DNA from: an archaeon
GTDB lineage: Archaea; Thermoplasmatota; Thermoplasmata; WALJ01
Assembly: GCA_024277315.1 (NCBI GenBank)
Contig: JAJRVK010000073.1
Span: 1 to 34,238 of the forward strand
DNA: 34,238 nucleotides
Direction: 5' to 3'
Shown: one piece after another, positions 1-10,238 of the stretch
Position numbering within the stretch: the stretch's first letter is position 1
Layout of the letters: each line of letters begins with the position of its first letter
Program-made: the position numbers and the translations under genes
Notes under the pieces: model-generated
Database searches by the model: none
The model's input: the letters and a program-made list of their open reading frames with translations, nothing else
Told to the model about the DNA's origin: nothing

Positions 1-57
1 AGCTGTCGCGACCTTCACGAATCTTCCCGGTGTTATCTGGTATTCGGTCTCGAGCAT
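1..57 (-). CDS. Possible N-terminal fragment of a gene running off the left edge (MLETEYQITPGRFVKVATA...)
   Basis: ATG at 57 on the minus strand, open to base 1, co-oriented just downstream of purH; too short to identify. Confidence 0.3.
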   Translation of the reverse strand, partial: MLETEYQITPGRFVKVATA

Positions 58-108
58 AGCATCCAACCCACATATAAACAAATGGATGTAAAAAGTTTCC
101 GTTCATAT

Positions 109-1647
109 TCAGTGCTTGAACACCCTGTGTCCGGTGAATACCATTGCCATACCGTATTCGTTCGCGGCCTTTATGACATCCTCGTCCCTTATTGAGCCGC
201 CGGGATGAATCACAGCTGTAATCCCGGCCTTTGCAGCCTCATCTATCCCGTCCCTGAACGGGAAAAACGCATCGGAGGACATCACCGCTCCTTTTGCCTT
301 TTCTCCCGCTTTGAAAGAGGCAATTTTCACGGCATCCACCCTGCTCATCTGGCCGGCACCTATACCCACTGTTGTTTTATTTTTTGCAAATACTATGCTG
401 TTGGATTTCACATGCTTAGTTACCTTCCACGCGAATATCATATCTCTCAGTTCCTCTTTCGTCGGCTCTCTTTCCGTAACGACCTTCAATTTAGAGGGAT
501 CGAGCCTCGATATGTCCCTGTCCTGTGCAAGCATTCCGCCGACCACCTTTCTGTAGTCCATAGAGGGCTTAGGGGGCCCCAGCGGGCCTGTCTCCATGAT
601 TCTCAGGTTCTTTCTCTTCATCAGCCTTTCAAGTGCCTTTTCCTCATAGGACGGAGCGATTATGACCTCGAGAAAGATTCCTTTCAGGTCCTTCACTATA
701 TCATATTTAACCTCCCGGTTGAGTGCGAGTATCCCGCCGTACGCGGACATGGGGTCGGCATCCATGCCTCTTCTGAAAGCAGTATATATGTCGTCCGCAG
801 ACGAAACTCCGCAGGGGTTCGTATGTTTTATCGCAGCAACTGTCGGCTCATCGAAGTCCTTTATGAGTTCCAGGGCATCGTTGGTGTCCAGTATATTGTT
901 GTAGGAGAGCGCTTTTCCGTGTAGCTGTCTTGCACTCGCTATGCAGGGTTCCGTTATATCGAGTTCTCTGTAAAATGCCGCTTCCTGTTCCTTGTTCTCG
1001 CCGTATCTCAGATCCTGGACCTTCAGATAATGCAGGAAAAGATGAGGAGGGAATTTCAGACCCGTGAATCTCCGGGAAAGCGTGGAATATATCGTGGAAT
1101 CGTATGCTGCGGTGTGGGCAAACGCCTCGAGAGCCAGTTCTCTTCTCATCTCCTGTGGAACATCGCCTTCCTCGACCAGCGCCTCGATAACTTCATCGTA
1201 TCTCGAAGGATTTGAGACCACAACCACATTCTCGTGGTTCTTCGCAGCGCTCCTTATCAGAGTTGGCCCGCCTATGTCTATGTTCTCTATCAGATCCTCG
1301 ATGCTGGCATCCTCCTCTCTTGCCACTCTTTCAAATGGATAAAGGTTCACGACAACCATATCTATAGGCTCTATTCCCTGTTCCTTTATCTGCTTCATAT
1401 GGTCCTCGTTGCGGAGAGCGAGAATTCCTCCGTGGATAACGGGATGCAGGGTTTTGACCCTTCCGTCAAGCATTTCGGGAAAACCGGTTATCTCCTCCAC
1501 CCTTTTAACAGGTATGCCCGCATCCTCCATGGCCCTTGCCGTTCCGCCTGTTGATATTATCTCTATTCCGAGTCCATGGAGGTTCTTTGCCAGATTCACT
1601 ATTCCTGCTTTGTCCGACACACTGAGGAGCGCTCTTCTTATCTTCAA
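109..1647 (-). CDS. purH: Bifunctional AICAR transformylase / IMP cyclohydrolase
   Basis: RRALLSVSDK, STGGT, GRVKTLHP, IDIGGP, LRYGEN, KHTNPCG, SDAFFPFRD, GHRVFKH motifs; TTG start after GGTGGTG RBS. Confidence 0.98.
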   Translation of the reverse strand: MKIRRALLSVSDKAGIVNLAKNLHGLGIEIISTGGTARAMEDAGIPVKRVEEITGFPEMLDGRVKTLHPVIHGGILALRNEDHMKQIKEQGIEPIDMVVVNLYPFERVAREEDASIEDLIENIDIGGPTLIRSAAKNHENVVVVSNPSRYDEVIEALVEEGDVPQEMRRELALEAFAHTAAYDSTIYSTLSRRFTGLKFPPHLFLHYLKVQDLRYGENKEQEAAFYRELDITEPCIASARQLHGKALSYNNILDTNDALELIKDFDEPTVAAIKHTNPCGVSSADDIYTAFRRGMDADPMSAYGGILALNREVKYDIVKDLKGIFLEVIIAPSYEEKALERLMKRKNLRIMETGPLGPPKPSMDYRKVVGGMLAQDRDISRLDPSKLKVVTEREPTKEELRDMIFAWKVTKHVKSNSIVFAKNKTTVGIGAGQMSRVDAVKIASFKAGEKAKGAVMSSDAFFPFRDGIDEAAKAGITAVIHPGGSIRDEDVIKAANEYGMAMVFTGHRVFKH

Positions 1648-1825
1648 GTTTTCACCACCGCCCGAAAGCAGATAGGGGAAATAAAGTTAACCCCAGGGAA
1701 AAGACATACACGGATTCAGGCGGCATTTGAAACAGAGTAACGGAAATATCCAGAAAAGAGGGAGGAAAAGGATGAACCCGAAGAGGATACAGAGAAGCAG
1801 ACAGAAGAAACGGACGAGATGGACG

Positions 1826-2338
1826 ATGTCTAAAACCTCTTCCAATCCATATTTTAATCATCTTCTTATTGATTTTTACTTTCTCTCTTAATCTCCTATT
1901 TCGGCCTGAACCCATACCCTCCTCCGGTTTTCCAGTATATCCTCACAGGTATATTACTTCTATCAATTCTCTGCTGGCTGTGAACAGGGACATTCATCCC
2001 ATGCCAAAGTCTGTGTTTTCCGTATCGCACCCCGTTATATACGGATTCACGGCCTCTTTTTCGCTTTTTCTGGTCTTTACAGTTCTTCCGCACTCTTCCA
2101 TATCTCCCTGATTCCGGCGATTCTGGGCATTATCATAGCCCTCCATTTCTATTCGCAGCTCGACTGGCAGGAAGAATATGGGAGATACCTGCAGATATTG
2201 GGGTTTCTGATATTCTGGCTGGTACCATGGGCCACAATCATGGAGATGAGCGGCGTCCATGGCATGCTTATCGCAGGCGTTCTGATGCTTGTTTTTCTGT
2301 TCAAACATAAAAATCTCAATAATCAGAACAATCCATGA
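1826..2338 (+). pseudogene. Probable multiply frameshifted multi-pass membrane protein gene
   Basis: Hydrophobic segments in alternating frames join into about 170 aa (MSK/PLPIHILIIFLLIFTFSL/LISYFGLNPYPPPVFQYILTGILLLSI/LLAVNRD...FLVFTVL/LFHISLIPAILGIIIALH...LVFLFKHKNLNNQNNP*, TGA 2336-2338). Confidence 0.4.
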
Positions 2339-2416
2339 AACAGAATAAAATAGAAATGGAACAAAACTATTTATACTACTGTCTGTGACCTCAAAGAAAT
2401 CCTAGGAGAGATTGGA

Positions 2417-5400
2417 ATGAAAAAGGAAAAAGGAAAAATGACGCATGTTTTCACGGTTGTGATTGCACTGATGATGCTCCTTCCCGTTGGAAGCATGATG
2501 ATGGTCTCAGGGAATACGGATTCCCGGATAATATATGCTCAGCCGGAGCCAACTGTGCCAGAGAGCGCAGGAGTTCAGGACAGTACGAACACTGTGATAA
2601 TCCAGCCGAACGGAACAGATGGAAAGGACAATTTTCTCTGGGAAACTCGCCTTGGAGAGAATTATGGTGCAATAGATGAGCTCTGGGTAGGCAACTGGTC
2701 AGATGAAAAGAACCTCACAACCCTTATAGAGTTCAATCTGCCGAGCACTACTGGAACGATTTCAGGGGCGACGCTTTCATTATACTGCTATTATCTGGAC
2801 AACAAAACCAGCGGAGTTAACGTTAGCGTCTATCCCCTAAGCGCGATGTGGACAGAGGGTTCAGGTGCGTCGTACATCATACCATCGACCTCAGATTCAT
2901 GCTGGAACAACAGAACCACGAACACACCCTGGAACACGCCTGGAGGAGATTATTATACGTATCCCAGCTCCAACATGGCCGTAACCCATGTTGATGCATG
3001 GTTTTCCTGGGATGTCACGGAGATAGTTAAGGCATGGGCTAACGGCAGTATGGAAAACAATGGATTCCTATTGAAAGGTAATTCAACAGGAAACACATAT
3101 AATTTTGCAGGATTCAGATCTAGTGATTTTTCTGACTCTGCTTTCAGGCCAAAGCTCACACTCCTTTACTCTGTGGAGATAGACCCACCGGTCGCACCCA
3201 TAACCACGGATGAGGACACGCCGGTTGACATAGACCTCAGCGGAAGAGGACAGGGAACAGTGGTACATAATGCAACGGCAAACAACCCTTCTAACGCCAT
3301 CCCTTTCTTTGGAGGGCTATGGGATGAATGCAGATACCAGGTGCTATACACTCCAGACGAGGTCGGTGCAGAAGGGAAGATAACGAGAATAGCATTTGAT
3401 AGGGCTTCTACAGGGAGCGCAAACTTCAGCAATGTGAAAATCTCCATGGCGCACACATCTCTAACAGACCTTACAGACACCTTCGACAACAACTATGTGG
3501 GATATCTCACAGAGGTATTCAAAGAGCCCGAGGTGTTACTGAACTCCTCGGACGACGATTCATGGCTATATTTTGACCTGAACGGAAATTTCACATATGA
3601 TTCCTCACACAATCTGCTGGTAGACATCCAATGGGTCGGTGACGGTGGTGCGTCAGTCTCACTCGAATCCAGAGACGGAGGCTCGAACAACAGGAGAGTG
3701 TACAACGGTACGGCAACGGCAAGCACTGGAAGCCCAAGTGCAACATACATTCTGGCAAAGTTCTATGTGGATACAATTAAGAACGGAGTGCTTGACAGTG
3801 GGACATCAAACAACTACTGGCCATTTAGCGCAGTAGATGACTCCATGCATATGCAGGCACTCTGGCACAGCTCAGATATAGGTGAAAGCGGAAGGATAAC
3901 AAAGTTCTATTTGCAGGCGGCTTACACCGAAGAAACAGTCACCTTTACGAATCTTAGCATCCGTATGGCACATTCTGCGAACACATCTCTGGGTACGGTA
4001 TTCGAAGCAAATCACATCGACCCATGGGTAGAGGTAATAAACAGTTCTTCGTATACGGTTTCCACCAGCGGAGCTCCCGAATGGATAGAGTTCGACCTGA
4101 ATAGGCCTTTTGATTACAATGGTAATGATAACATTGTAATCGATTTCCGGTGGCAGGAATCCGCAGGTACGGCTCCAGGAATATATATAGCCATAAACCT
4201 TTCTGCAACATACGCTGGGCAGATGGGAACTACGGATTATTCAGCAACGACGGGCAGCATAGCAGGGAACTGGGCGTATAATGTCAGATTCGAGTTTGCC
4301 AATTATCCGGGATTCACATGGTCCGCCACAAGCTCAGACATAAGCCTTTTCACAGTGAGCATTGTTAACAACACCCTGCACATAGACCCCGTCGCCAACG
4401 CATACGGCAGCGGAACTGTGGAATTGACACTGCATAACGGTGCATACAGCACGACACAGACGATTCCGGTTACCATAAATCCGGTGAACGACGCACCCGT
4501 CATAAGCGAGGCACCAGAATCTATAGTGTGCGTTGAAGATGTCCCCTATGAACTGGATATGGCACCTTACATCTCAGATGTGGACGACGAGATGGAGAAC
4601 CTGACCATAAGTACCGATTCCTCCTATGCCACGGTTAATGGCACGGTTATAACATTCCTGTATCCTGAAGGAGTGACGGAGGAGAATGTGACCGTGACTG
4701 TGAGCGACCTGGAGGGAACTTCAGATAGCATATGGATAAACGTGAGCGTAACTCTAGTTAATGACCCGCCGTACTTCGTTGACTATGTGGACAACATAAC
4801 TGTAGATGCCACCGTACCGTACACATATCAATTATATCCTGAGGACGAGGAGACACCGGACAATCTCACCATAAGCACCGATTCTTCCTATGCTACGGTT
4901 AATGGCACGGTTATAACATTCCTCTATCCAAAGGGAATAGGTCATCAGACGGTGAACATCTATCTCTCAGACGCAGAAATATATGGCGAGACCAACAACG
5001 TCACATATGTTCTCGATGTAACCATAATAGACCATCCAGAGGTCTCTTCTGTAAGTGTGAGTGGGTATTCCGTGGTAATGGTCTTTGATATGCCTATGAA
5101 CGAGAGCACGGTATCTCTGAGCATAATCGGCAGCGCTGAAGAGCTCTCAGGTAATATATCGTGGAACGCAGATAGCACCACACTCACATTTGCTGCGGAC
5201 ATGGCTGTACAGGGGAACTACACCCTCACCATCCCCGCAACGGCGACCAGTGTAAGCGGCGCCTCCATGCTGGAGCCATACACAGAAACGATAACCTTCG
5301 CATACACTGACGATGACACCGACGGTGACGGTATGAGCGATTCTTGGGAAGCAGAGAATGGACTGGACCCAAATGACGCATCCGATGGAACTGCAGACAA

Positions 5401-5956
5401 TGATAATGACGGTCTTACCAATCTCCAGGAGTATCAGGAGAACACAGATCCCAATAACGATGACACCGACGGCGATGGCATGCCGGACCAGTGGGAACTG
5501 AACAACAGTCTGAATCCAACGGTTAACGATGCAGAGGGTGATGCGGACGGAGACGGCCTCACCAACATTCAGGAATATCAGGAAGGCACTGACCCCCAGA
5601 ACTCAGACACCGATGGAGACGGCATACCTGATGGGAAAGATTCTCAACCTCTTGCGCCTCAGTCCTTCGTGGAGCAGAATATGATGCTCATAGGAATCAT
5701 TGTGCTCCTCGTGATAGTTGCTGTTGCTGTGCTCCTCTTCATGAAAAAGAAGAAGGGCGGGGTACAGTCGGAGATGCAGCGACCTCAGGAGGGATATGCC
5801 CAGCCATACGGAGAGGAGATGCCGCCGACACAGGACTACGATGGGTTTCCAGTGGAACAGGAGACGCCTGAAGAGATGTCCCAGCCTTCCCCTGAAGGTG
5901 AGAGAGGGAATATCGGAAAAGAGCTTGCCGAAAGTTCCGAGAAAGAGACCTTCTAA
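2417..5956 (+). CDS. Large cell-surface protein: signal peptide, DNRLRE-like domain, two copies of a ~175-aa domain, cadherin/Ig-like repeats, DxDGDG (TSP3-like) repeats, C-terminal TM anchor and acidic tail
   Basis: Hydrophobic N-terminus; [13 protein letters not shown]...NNGFLLK...[12 protein letters not shown]...VNDAP repeats; DTDGDG repeats; [23 protein letters not shown] anchor; many N-x-S/T sequons. Confidence 0.9.
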   Translation: MKKEKGKMTHVFTVVIALMMLLPVGSMMMVSGNTDSRIIYAQPEPTVPESAGVQDSTNTVIIQPNGTDGKDNFLWETRLGENYGAIDELWVGNWSDEKNLTTLIEFNLPSTTGTISGATLSLYCYYLDNKTSGVNVSVYPLSAMWTEGSGASYIIPSTSDSCWNNRTTNTPWNTPGGDYYTYPSSNMAVTHVDAWFSWDVTEIVKAWANGSMENNGFLLKGNSTGNTYNFAGFRSSDFSDSAFRPKLTLLYSVEIDPPVAPITTDEDTPVDIDLSGRGQGTVVHNATANNPSNAIPFFGGLWDECRYQVLYTPDEVGAEGKITRIAFDRASTGSANFSNVKISMAHTSLTDLTDTFDNNYVGYLTEVFKEPEVLLNSSDDDSWLYFDLNGNFTYDSSHNLLVDIQWVGDGGASVSLESRDGGSNNRRVYNGTATASTGSPSATYILAKFYVDTIKNGVLDSGTSNNYWPFSAVDDSMHMQALWHSSDIGESGRITKFYLQAAYTEETVTFTNLSIRMAHSANTSLGTVFEANHIDPWVEVINSSSYTVSTSGAPEWIEFDLNRPFDYNGNDNIVIDFRWQESAGTAPGIYIAINLSATYAGQMGTTDYSATTGSIAGNWAYNVRFEFANYPGFTWSATSSDISLFTVSIVNNTLHIDPVANAYGSGTVELTLHNGAYSTTQTIPVTINPVNDAPVISEAPESIVCVEDVPYELDMAPYISDVDDEMENLTISTDSSYATVNGTVITFLYPEGVTEENVTVTVSDLEGTSDSIWINVSVTLVNDPPYFVDYVDNITVDATVPYTYQLYPEDEETPDNLTISTDSSYATVNGTVITFLYPKGIGHQTVNIYLSDAEIYGETNNVTYVLDVTIIDHPEVSSVSVSGYSVVMVFDMPMNESTVSLSIIGSAEELSGNISWNADSTTLTFAADMAVQGNYTLTIPATATSVSGASMLEPYTETITFAYTDDDTDGDGMSDSWEAENGLDPNDASDGTADNDNDGLTNLQEYQENTDPNNDDTDGDGMPDQWELNNSLNPTVNDAEGDADGDGLTNIQEYQEGTDPQNSDTDGDGIPDGKDSQPLAPQSFVEQNMMLIGIIVLLVIVAVAVLLFMKKKKGGVQSEMQRPQEGYAQPYGEEMPPTQDYDGFPVEQETPEEMSQPSPEGERGNIGKELAESSEKETF
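4598..4930 (+). repeat. 69-bp direct repeat pair (4598-4666 and 4862-4930) encoding identical [23 protein letters not shown]
   Basis: 62/69 nt identical; all 7 differences at third codon positions. Confidence 0.9.
5309..5651 (+). repeat. Tandem Asp-rich DxDGDG/DNDNDG calcium-binding-type peptide repeats
   Basis: [60 protein letters not shown]. Confidence 0.85.
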
Positions 5957-6006
5957 ACCCCTTTACATCACCCATATTTTTTAATTCGGGATGGTATCGG
6001 GGTGGC

Positions 6007-6645
6007 ATGGATGCTGCAGAGATAAAGGAACTATATTCAAAACTGAGGTCGGAAATAGAATATAGGTTGAAGAAGTTTCGTACTCTCTGGGAAAAGGAAG
6101 ATGAAAGGGACGTATTCGCAGAGATGGTTTTCTGTCTTCTCACACCTCAATCTAAGGCAAGGGTCTGCTGGACAGCGGTGGAGAGGATGAAATGGGACAT
6201 ACTTATTAAAGGGAATGAGGAGGAAATCGTCAATTGTCTGGTCGGGGTAAGGTTCAAGTACACCAAGGCCAGAAGGATTATCGAGGTAAGGGAGAGGTTC
6301 GTGAAATACGGGGAAGTCGCAATAAGAACTATTCTCGAGCGATTCGAAGAACCAGAGGAGGCAAGGGATTGGCTTGTCAGTAACATCAGCGGATATGGTT
6401 ACAAAGAGGCAAGCCACTTTCTGAGAAATATCGGTCTCGGAGAAAATCTGGCGATTCTCGACCGACACATCCTCAGGAATCTGGAAGAGGCGGGAGTAAT
6501 TGAAAGAATGCCAAAAACCCTAACAAAAAGAAAGTACCTTGAGATTGAGGGACGGATGAGAGATTTCTCGATAAAAACTGGCATACCTATGGGTGCGCTC
6601 GACCTGATATTCTGGTATATGGGAACAGATGAAATATTCAAATGA
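6007..6645 (+). CDS. ogg: 8-oxoguanine DNA glycosylase/AP lyase (Ogg2 family)
   Basis: FCLLTPQSKA, HhH motif GYGYKEASHFLRNIG, AILDRHILR, C-terminal EIFK. Confidence 0.93.
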   Translation: MDAAEIKELYSKLRSEIEYRLKKFRTLWEKEDERDVFAEMVFCLLTPQSKARVCWTAVERMKWDILIKGNEEEIVNCLVGVRFKYTKARRIIEVRERFVKYGEVAIRTILERFEEPEEARDWLVSNISGYGYKEASHFLRNIGLGENLAILDRHILRNLEEAGVIERMPKTLTKRKYLEIEGRMRDFSIKTGIPMGALDLIFWYMGTDEIFK

Positions 6646-6686
6646 TTTTTGTGATGGGTATTTTCGACACATTGTTCCATAGAACC

Positions 6687-7598
6687 TCACGGCGGACATC
6701 TGGCGCATACGGAGCTGAACAGGGCGGTACTGAGATATCGGTCTCCTCTGTCCGGGAGTATGGCGACTATATTGCCCGCCTCCATCTTTTCCGCAAATTT
6801 GAAAGCTCCCGCCACGGCGGCACCACTGGACATCCCCACGAATATGCCCTCTTTAGTAGCCAGCAATCTGGCCGTTTCAAAGGCCTCCCTGTCATCCACA
6901 CGGATTTTTTCATCCAGGAGAGCGGGATCGTATATGTCCGGGACTATTGATTCGTTCATGTTTTTCAGACCCTGAATCTTGTGTCCAAGCGGAGGTTCGA
7001 CACCGACCACCTTTATCTCTGGGTTCTTCTCCTTGAGATACTTCCCAACACCCATCAGAGTTCCCGTGGTGCCCATCCCGGCGACAAAGACATCTATATT
7101 GCCATTGGTCTGCCTGAATATTTCGGGGCCTGTTGTTTCATAATGGGCCAGAACATTGTTTTCGTTCCTGAACTGGTCCGGCATGAAGTACTTTTCAGGC
7201 TCTTTCGAAACAAGCTCTCGCGCCCTCTTTATCGCACCGTCCGTACCTTCTTCTGGAGGTGTGAGAACGATTTCGGCTCCGAAAGCCTGGAGAATAAGGC
7301 GTCTCTCGACGCTCACACATTCTGGCATGAAAAGCTTTACACGATATCCTTTGGCTGCCCCTATCATTGCCAGAGCGATGCCCGTGTTGCCGGATGTCGG
7401 TTCCACGATTATCTTACTTTTCGTGAGCTCTCCCGACTCTTCGGCCTTTTTTATCATATAGTACGCCGGGCGATCTTTCACCGAGCCTCCCGGGTTGCAT
7501 CCTTCCACCTTTCCGAATATCCTGACAGCGGGTCTTTTTTCGTTAAGATTGGTGATTTCAACAAGCGGTGTATTTCCTATCGCAGACAGTATGCTCAT
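6687..7598 (-). CDS. cysM: PLP-dependent cysteine synthase family protein (CysM-like)
   Basis: GNTPLV, NPGGSVKDR, EPTSGNTG, GMGTTGT, HKIQGLKN, DRGDRYLS; ends in CARCPP. Confidence 0.88.
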   Translation of the reverse strand: MSILSAIGNTPLVEITNLNEKRPAVRIFGKVEGCNPGGSVKDRPAYYMIKKAEESGELTKSKIIVEPTSGNTGIALAMIGAAKGYRVKLFMPECVSVERRLILQAFGAEIVLTPPEEGTDGAIKRARELVSKEPEKYFMPDQFRNENNVLAHYETTGPEIFRQTNGNIDVFVAGMGTTGTLMGVGKYLKEKNPEIKVVGVEPPLGHKIQGLKNMNESIVPDIYDPALLDEKIRVDDREAFETARLLATKEGIFVGMSSGAAVAGAFKFAEKMEAGNIVAILPDRGDRYLSTALFSSVCARCPP

Positions 7599-7637
7599 GT
7601 CGGTTTTCCTCCGGTCTTTCTCTTATCTGTCCCGCAT

Positions 7638-8341
7638 TCAGGATGAGTTTTTAATCTTATCCTTTCCGCAGCACACGATCTCTCCCAGATACCATATATC
7701 CTTTCCGTCGTATTCCAGAAGCACTGGCCTCACTATCAGCCCTTTTTGGAGTGCTCTCCTGTAAACTTTCGCAAACTTTGGGTCCGTTCTTTCGTTGGGA
7801 GCGAAGCATCTGCTATCGGCCCTGAAAATTAGCATCAGAAGAACCGCATCTTCTCCCCGGTCAAGCATGGATATGAGCGTCTCCACATGCCTTCTGCCCC
7901 TTTCCGTCGGAGCGTCGGGGAAAGAGCCACGCCGTTTTCTGTGAGCGTGCATCCCTTCACTTCCACGCCTGTAATCTTTCCCTTCTTTTTCACGATGAAA
8001 TCCAGCCTGCTGTGGCCCACCTTAACCTCGGGAATTATCTCGGCATCAGGAAAGAGCATGTGCATTATCCTCTCGGAAATCTTTCTGTGATATCCGGAGT
8101 TTGTAAACACCCACCGATCTCCGTATCTGGAGGCTATAAGGTCCCACTTCGTCTTTCTATCCGGTTTATCGGCACTTTTGAGCAGAACCCTGTTTCCACG
8201 ATAAAGAAGCTCCTCAAGCCTTCCCGGGTCATGCACATGCACCGTTTCTTTTTTACCGTCTATCTCGACCATTCCGGTGAAGCGATTGGGTCTGGAGAGA
8301 AAAATCCCTTCCCTATCCCATTTTACACTCAAAATCTTTAT
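7638..8341 (-). pseudogene. sfsA: SfsA nuclease-family gene split by a 1-nt frameshift near 7921-7923
   Basis: RPNRF, HVHDPGRLEELL, RKTKWDL, SRLDF, EVKGCTL in ORF 7835-8371; FPDAPTERGRRH and FAPNERTDPKF continue in ORF 7638-7952. Confidence 0.85.
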
Positions 8342-8760
8342 TTTATCTTTTCCATCAGTATTGCGGGGCAAAGGTCCATCACACCCTCTATCTTAGAAAT
8401 TTTTTCGGATATTATCCTGCTAAGTTCCTCGGTGTTTTTTGCCCATATCTCGGCCATAATCATGTGGTCTCCCGTCGATGTATAGACCCATCTGACACAG
8501 TCAAGCTTTGACAGTTCCCTCGCGGCGCTCAAAAAGTGTTTCGGTTCGGCATCCATTCCCAGCAAAACCACCGTACTGTAGCCAAGTTTCCCGGGGTCCA
8601 CATCTATGGTATATTTCCGTATAATCCCGTCCTTCTCCAGCTTTTCTATCCTTTTTCTTGCAGTTCCTTCGGATATGTTCAGCCTGCCAGCTATCTCGGT
8701 GTATGAGATTCTCGCATTTTCTATAAGCATTTCCAGTATCTTGGCATCCTTGTCATCCAT
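8338..8760 (-). CDS. lrpA: Lrp/AsnC family transcriptional regulator (LrpA/Ptr2-like)
   Basis: MDDKDAKILEMLIENARISYTEIA...SEGTARKRIEKLE HTH; STGDHMIMAEIW RAM domain; alternative GTG start at 8769. Confidence 0.9.
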   Translation of the reverse strand: MDDKDAKILEMLIENARISYTEIAGRLNISEGTARKRIEKLEKDGIIRKYTIDVDPGKLGYSTVVLLGMDAEPKHFLSAARELSKLDCVRWVYTSTGDHMIMAEIWAKNTEELSRIISEKISKIEGVMDLCPAILMEKIK

Positions 8761-8778
8761 GTTTTTCACAACAATATC

Positions 8779-8856
8779 TACGAATATCGTATTACTTAAT
8801 AAACTTTTTCCACATATCTGATACGAAATCCTTAAATAGTCTTTACGAATTCTTCA
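8779..8856. promoter_or_regulatory. Divergent promoter region with palindrome TACGA-ATA-TCGTA (8779-8791), further TACGAA half-sites at 8822 and 8844, and TATA-like CTTAAATA (8831-8838)
   Basis: Seen in sequence; the core ACGA-N3-TCGT resembles the Ptr2 operator as I recall it (GGACGATTTTCGTCC). Confidence 0.65.
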
Positions 8857-8874
8857 GACAACAAGGTGATAAGA

Positions 8875-9033
8875 ATGAGAAAGTACAGATGCAGAGTTTG
8901 CGGATATGTTTACGATCCCGAAAAGGGGGATCCACGCAGCGGAATAAAGCCCGGTACGGCTTTCGAAGAGCTTCCGGACAATTGGGTTTGTCCGGTATGC
9001 GGGGTAGGCAAGGACATGTTCGAGCCAATGTGA
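8875..9033 (+). CDS. rd: Rubredoxin, 52 aa (below the ORF-track cutoff)
   Basis: [52 protein letters not shown]; two CxxCG knuckles; AGGTGAT RBS. Confidence 0.97.
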   Translation: MRKYRCRVCGYVYDPEKGDPRSGIKPGTAFEELPDNWVCPVCGVGKDMFEPM

Positions 9034-9042
9034 GGTGGAAGA

Positions 9043-10233
9043 ATGACAGTAAGAGAAATTAAATCCGGAATATACTCGGTGGGAGCGATTGACTGGGATA
9101 GAACCATCTTTGACGAACTGATACCTCTTCCAGAGGGAACAAGCTACAATTCGTACCTGATAAAGGGGAGCGAAAAGACGGCGCTCATCGACACCGTAGA
9201 CCCGACAAAGATCGACACTCTTCTGGAAAACCTGGAAGAATTAGGCGTAACCTGCCTGGACTATGTCATATCCAACCATGCAGAGCAGGACCATTCCGGA
9301 GCGATACCTGCTGTGCTCGATAGATATCCGGAGGCCGAGGTTATAACGAACGAAAAGTGCAAGGGATTTCTAACGGACCTTCTGGGCGTTCCGGACGAGA
9401 GGTTCACGGTCATAGGGGAAGGGGATGAGATTTCGTTGGGAGACAGAACTCTGAGATTTCTTCTAACCCCCTGGGTGCACTGGCCGGAGACCATGGTAAC
9501 CTATCTGGTGGAGGATAAAATACTGTTCACCTGCGATTTCTTCGGTTCACATGTGGCCACCAGCGACCTGTATGCCAGGGGAAACTACGAGGTATATACG
9601 GGAGCGAAGAGGTACTATGCGGAGATAATGATGCCTTTCAGAACCACGGTCAGGAAAAATGTCGAGAAAATAGAGTCCCTGGACATGGAGATAATAGCTC
9701 CGAGCCACGGTCCGATGTATAAGGACCCGAAGTTCATAATCGATGCCTATAAGGACTGGACATCCGAGGATGTGAAGAACGAGGCCATAATAGCGTTCGT
9801 ATCCATGCACGGAAGCACCAGAAAGGCAGCCGAACATCTGGCCGAAACTCTGATGGAGAGGGGAATAACGGTGAAGGTCTTCAACCTTAGCACCGCAGAC
9901 ATAGGTGAACTGGCCATGGCTCTGGTAGATGCGGCCACCCTTGTTCTCGCGGCCCCAACGGTTCTCGGAGGGATACACCCGTCTGCCATATATGCCGCAT
10001 ACCTGGTGAACGCTCTAAGACCGAAGCTTAGGCACATAGGGATAATAAGCTCCTACGGCTGGGGCGGAATGGCGGTGCAACATGTACAGAACTGCGTAAC
10101 CGTAATAAAGCCGGAGGTGTTTGAGCCCGTTTTGATAAGAGGACATCCCGGAGAGGAAGATCTTAGAAAGATAGATGACATGGCCGAAGAAATCATGAAA
10201 AAGCATGAAAACCTCAATCTGATAAAGAGGTGA
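9043..10233 (+). CDS. fprA: Flavodiiron protein (FprA; O2/NO reductase)
   Basis: GTSYNSYL, NHAEQDHSG, PWVHWPET, FTCDFFGSH, IAPSHG, flavodoxin SMHGST. Confidence 0.96.
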   Translation: MTVREIKSGIYSVGAIDWDRTIFDELIPLPEGTSYNSYLIKGSEKTALIDTVDPTKIDTLLENLEELGVTCLDYVISNHAEQDHSGAIPAVLDRYPEAEVITNEKCKGFLTDLLGVPDERFTVIGEGDEISLGDRTLRFLLTPWVHWPETMVTYLVEDKILFTCDFFGSHVATSDLYARGNYEVYTGAKRYYAEIMMPFRTTVRKNVEKIESLDMEIIAPSHGPMYKDPKFIIDAYKDWTSEDVKNEAIIAFVSMHGSTRKAAEHLAETLMERGITVKVFNLSTADIGELAMALVDAATLVLAAPTVLGGIHPSAIYAAYLVNALRPKLRHIGIISSYGWGGMAVQHVQNCVTVIKPEVFEPVLIRGHPGEEDLRKIDDMAEEIMKKHENLNLIKR

Positions 10234-10238
10234 AAAAT

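Noticed and set aside
1652..2308. Minus-strand ORFs 1652-1915, 1896-2093 and 1994-2308
   Set aside because: No motifs; the plus strand gives a more coherent membrane-protein-like remnant
7917..7923. Programmed frameshift in sfsA at TTTCCCC
   Set aside because: Heptamer is out of phase with the reading frame (CTT TCC CCG); a simple deletion is more likely
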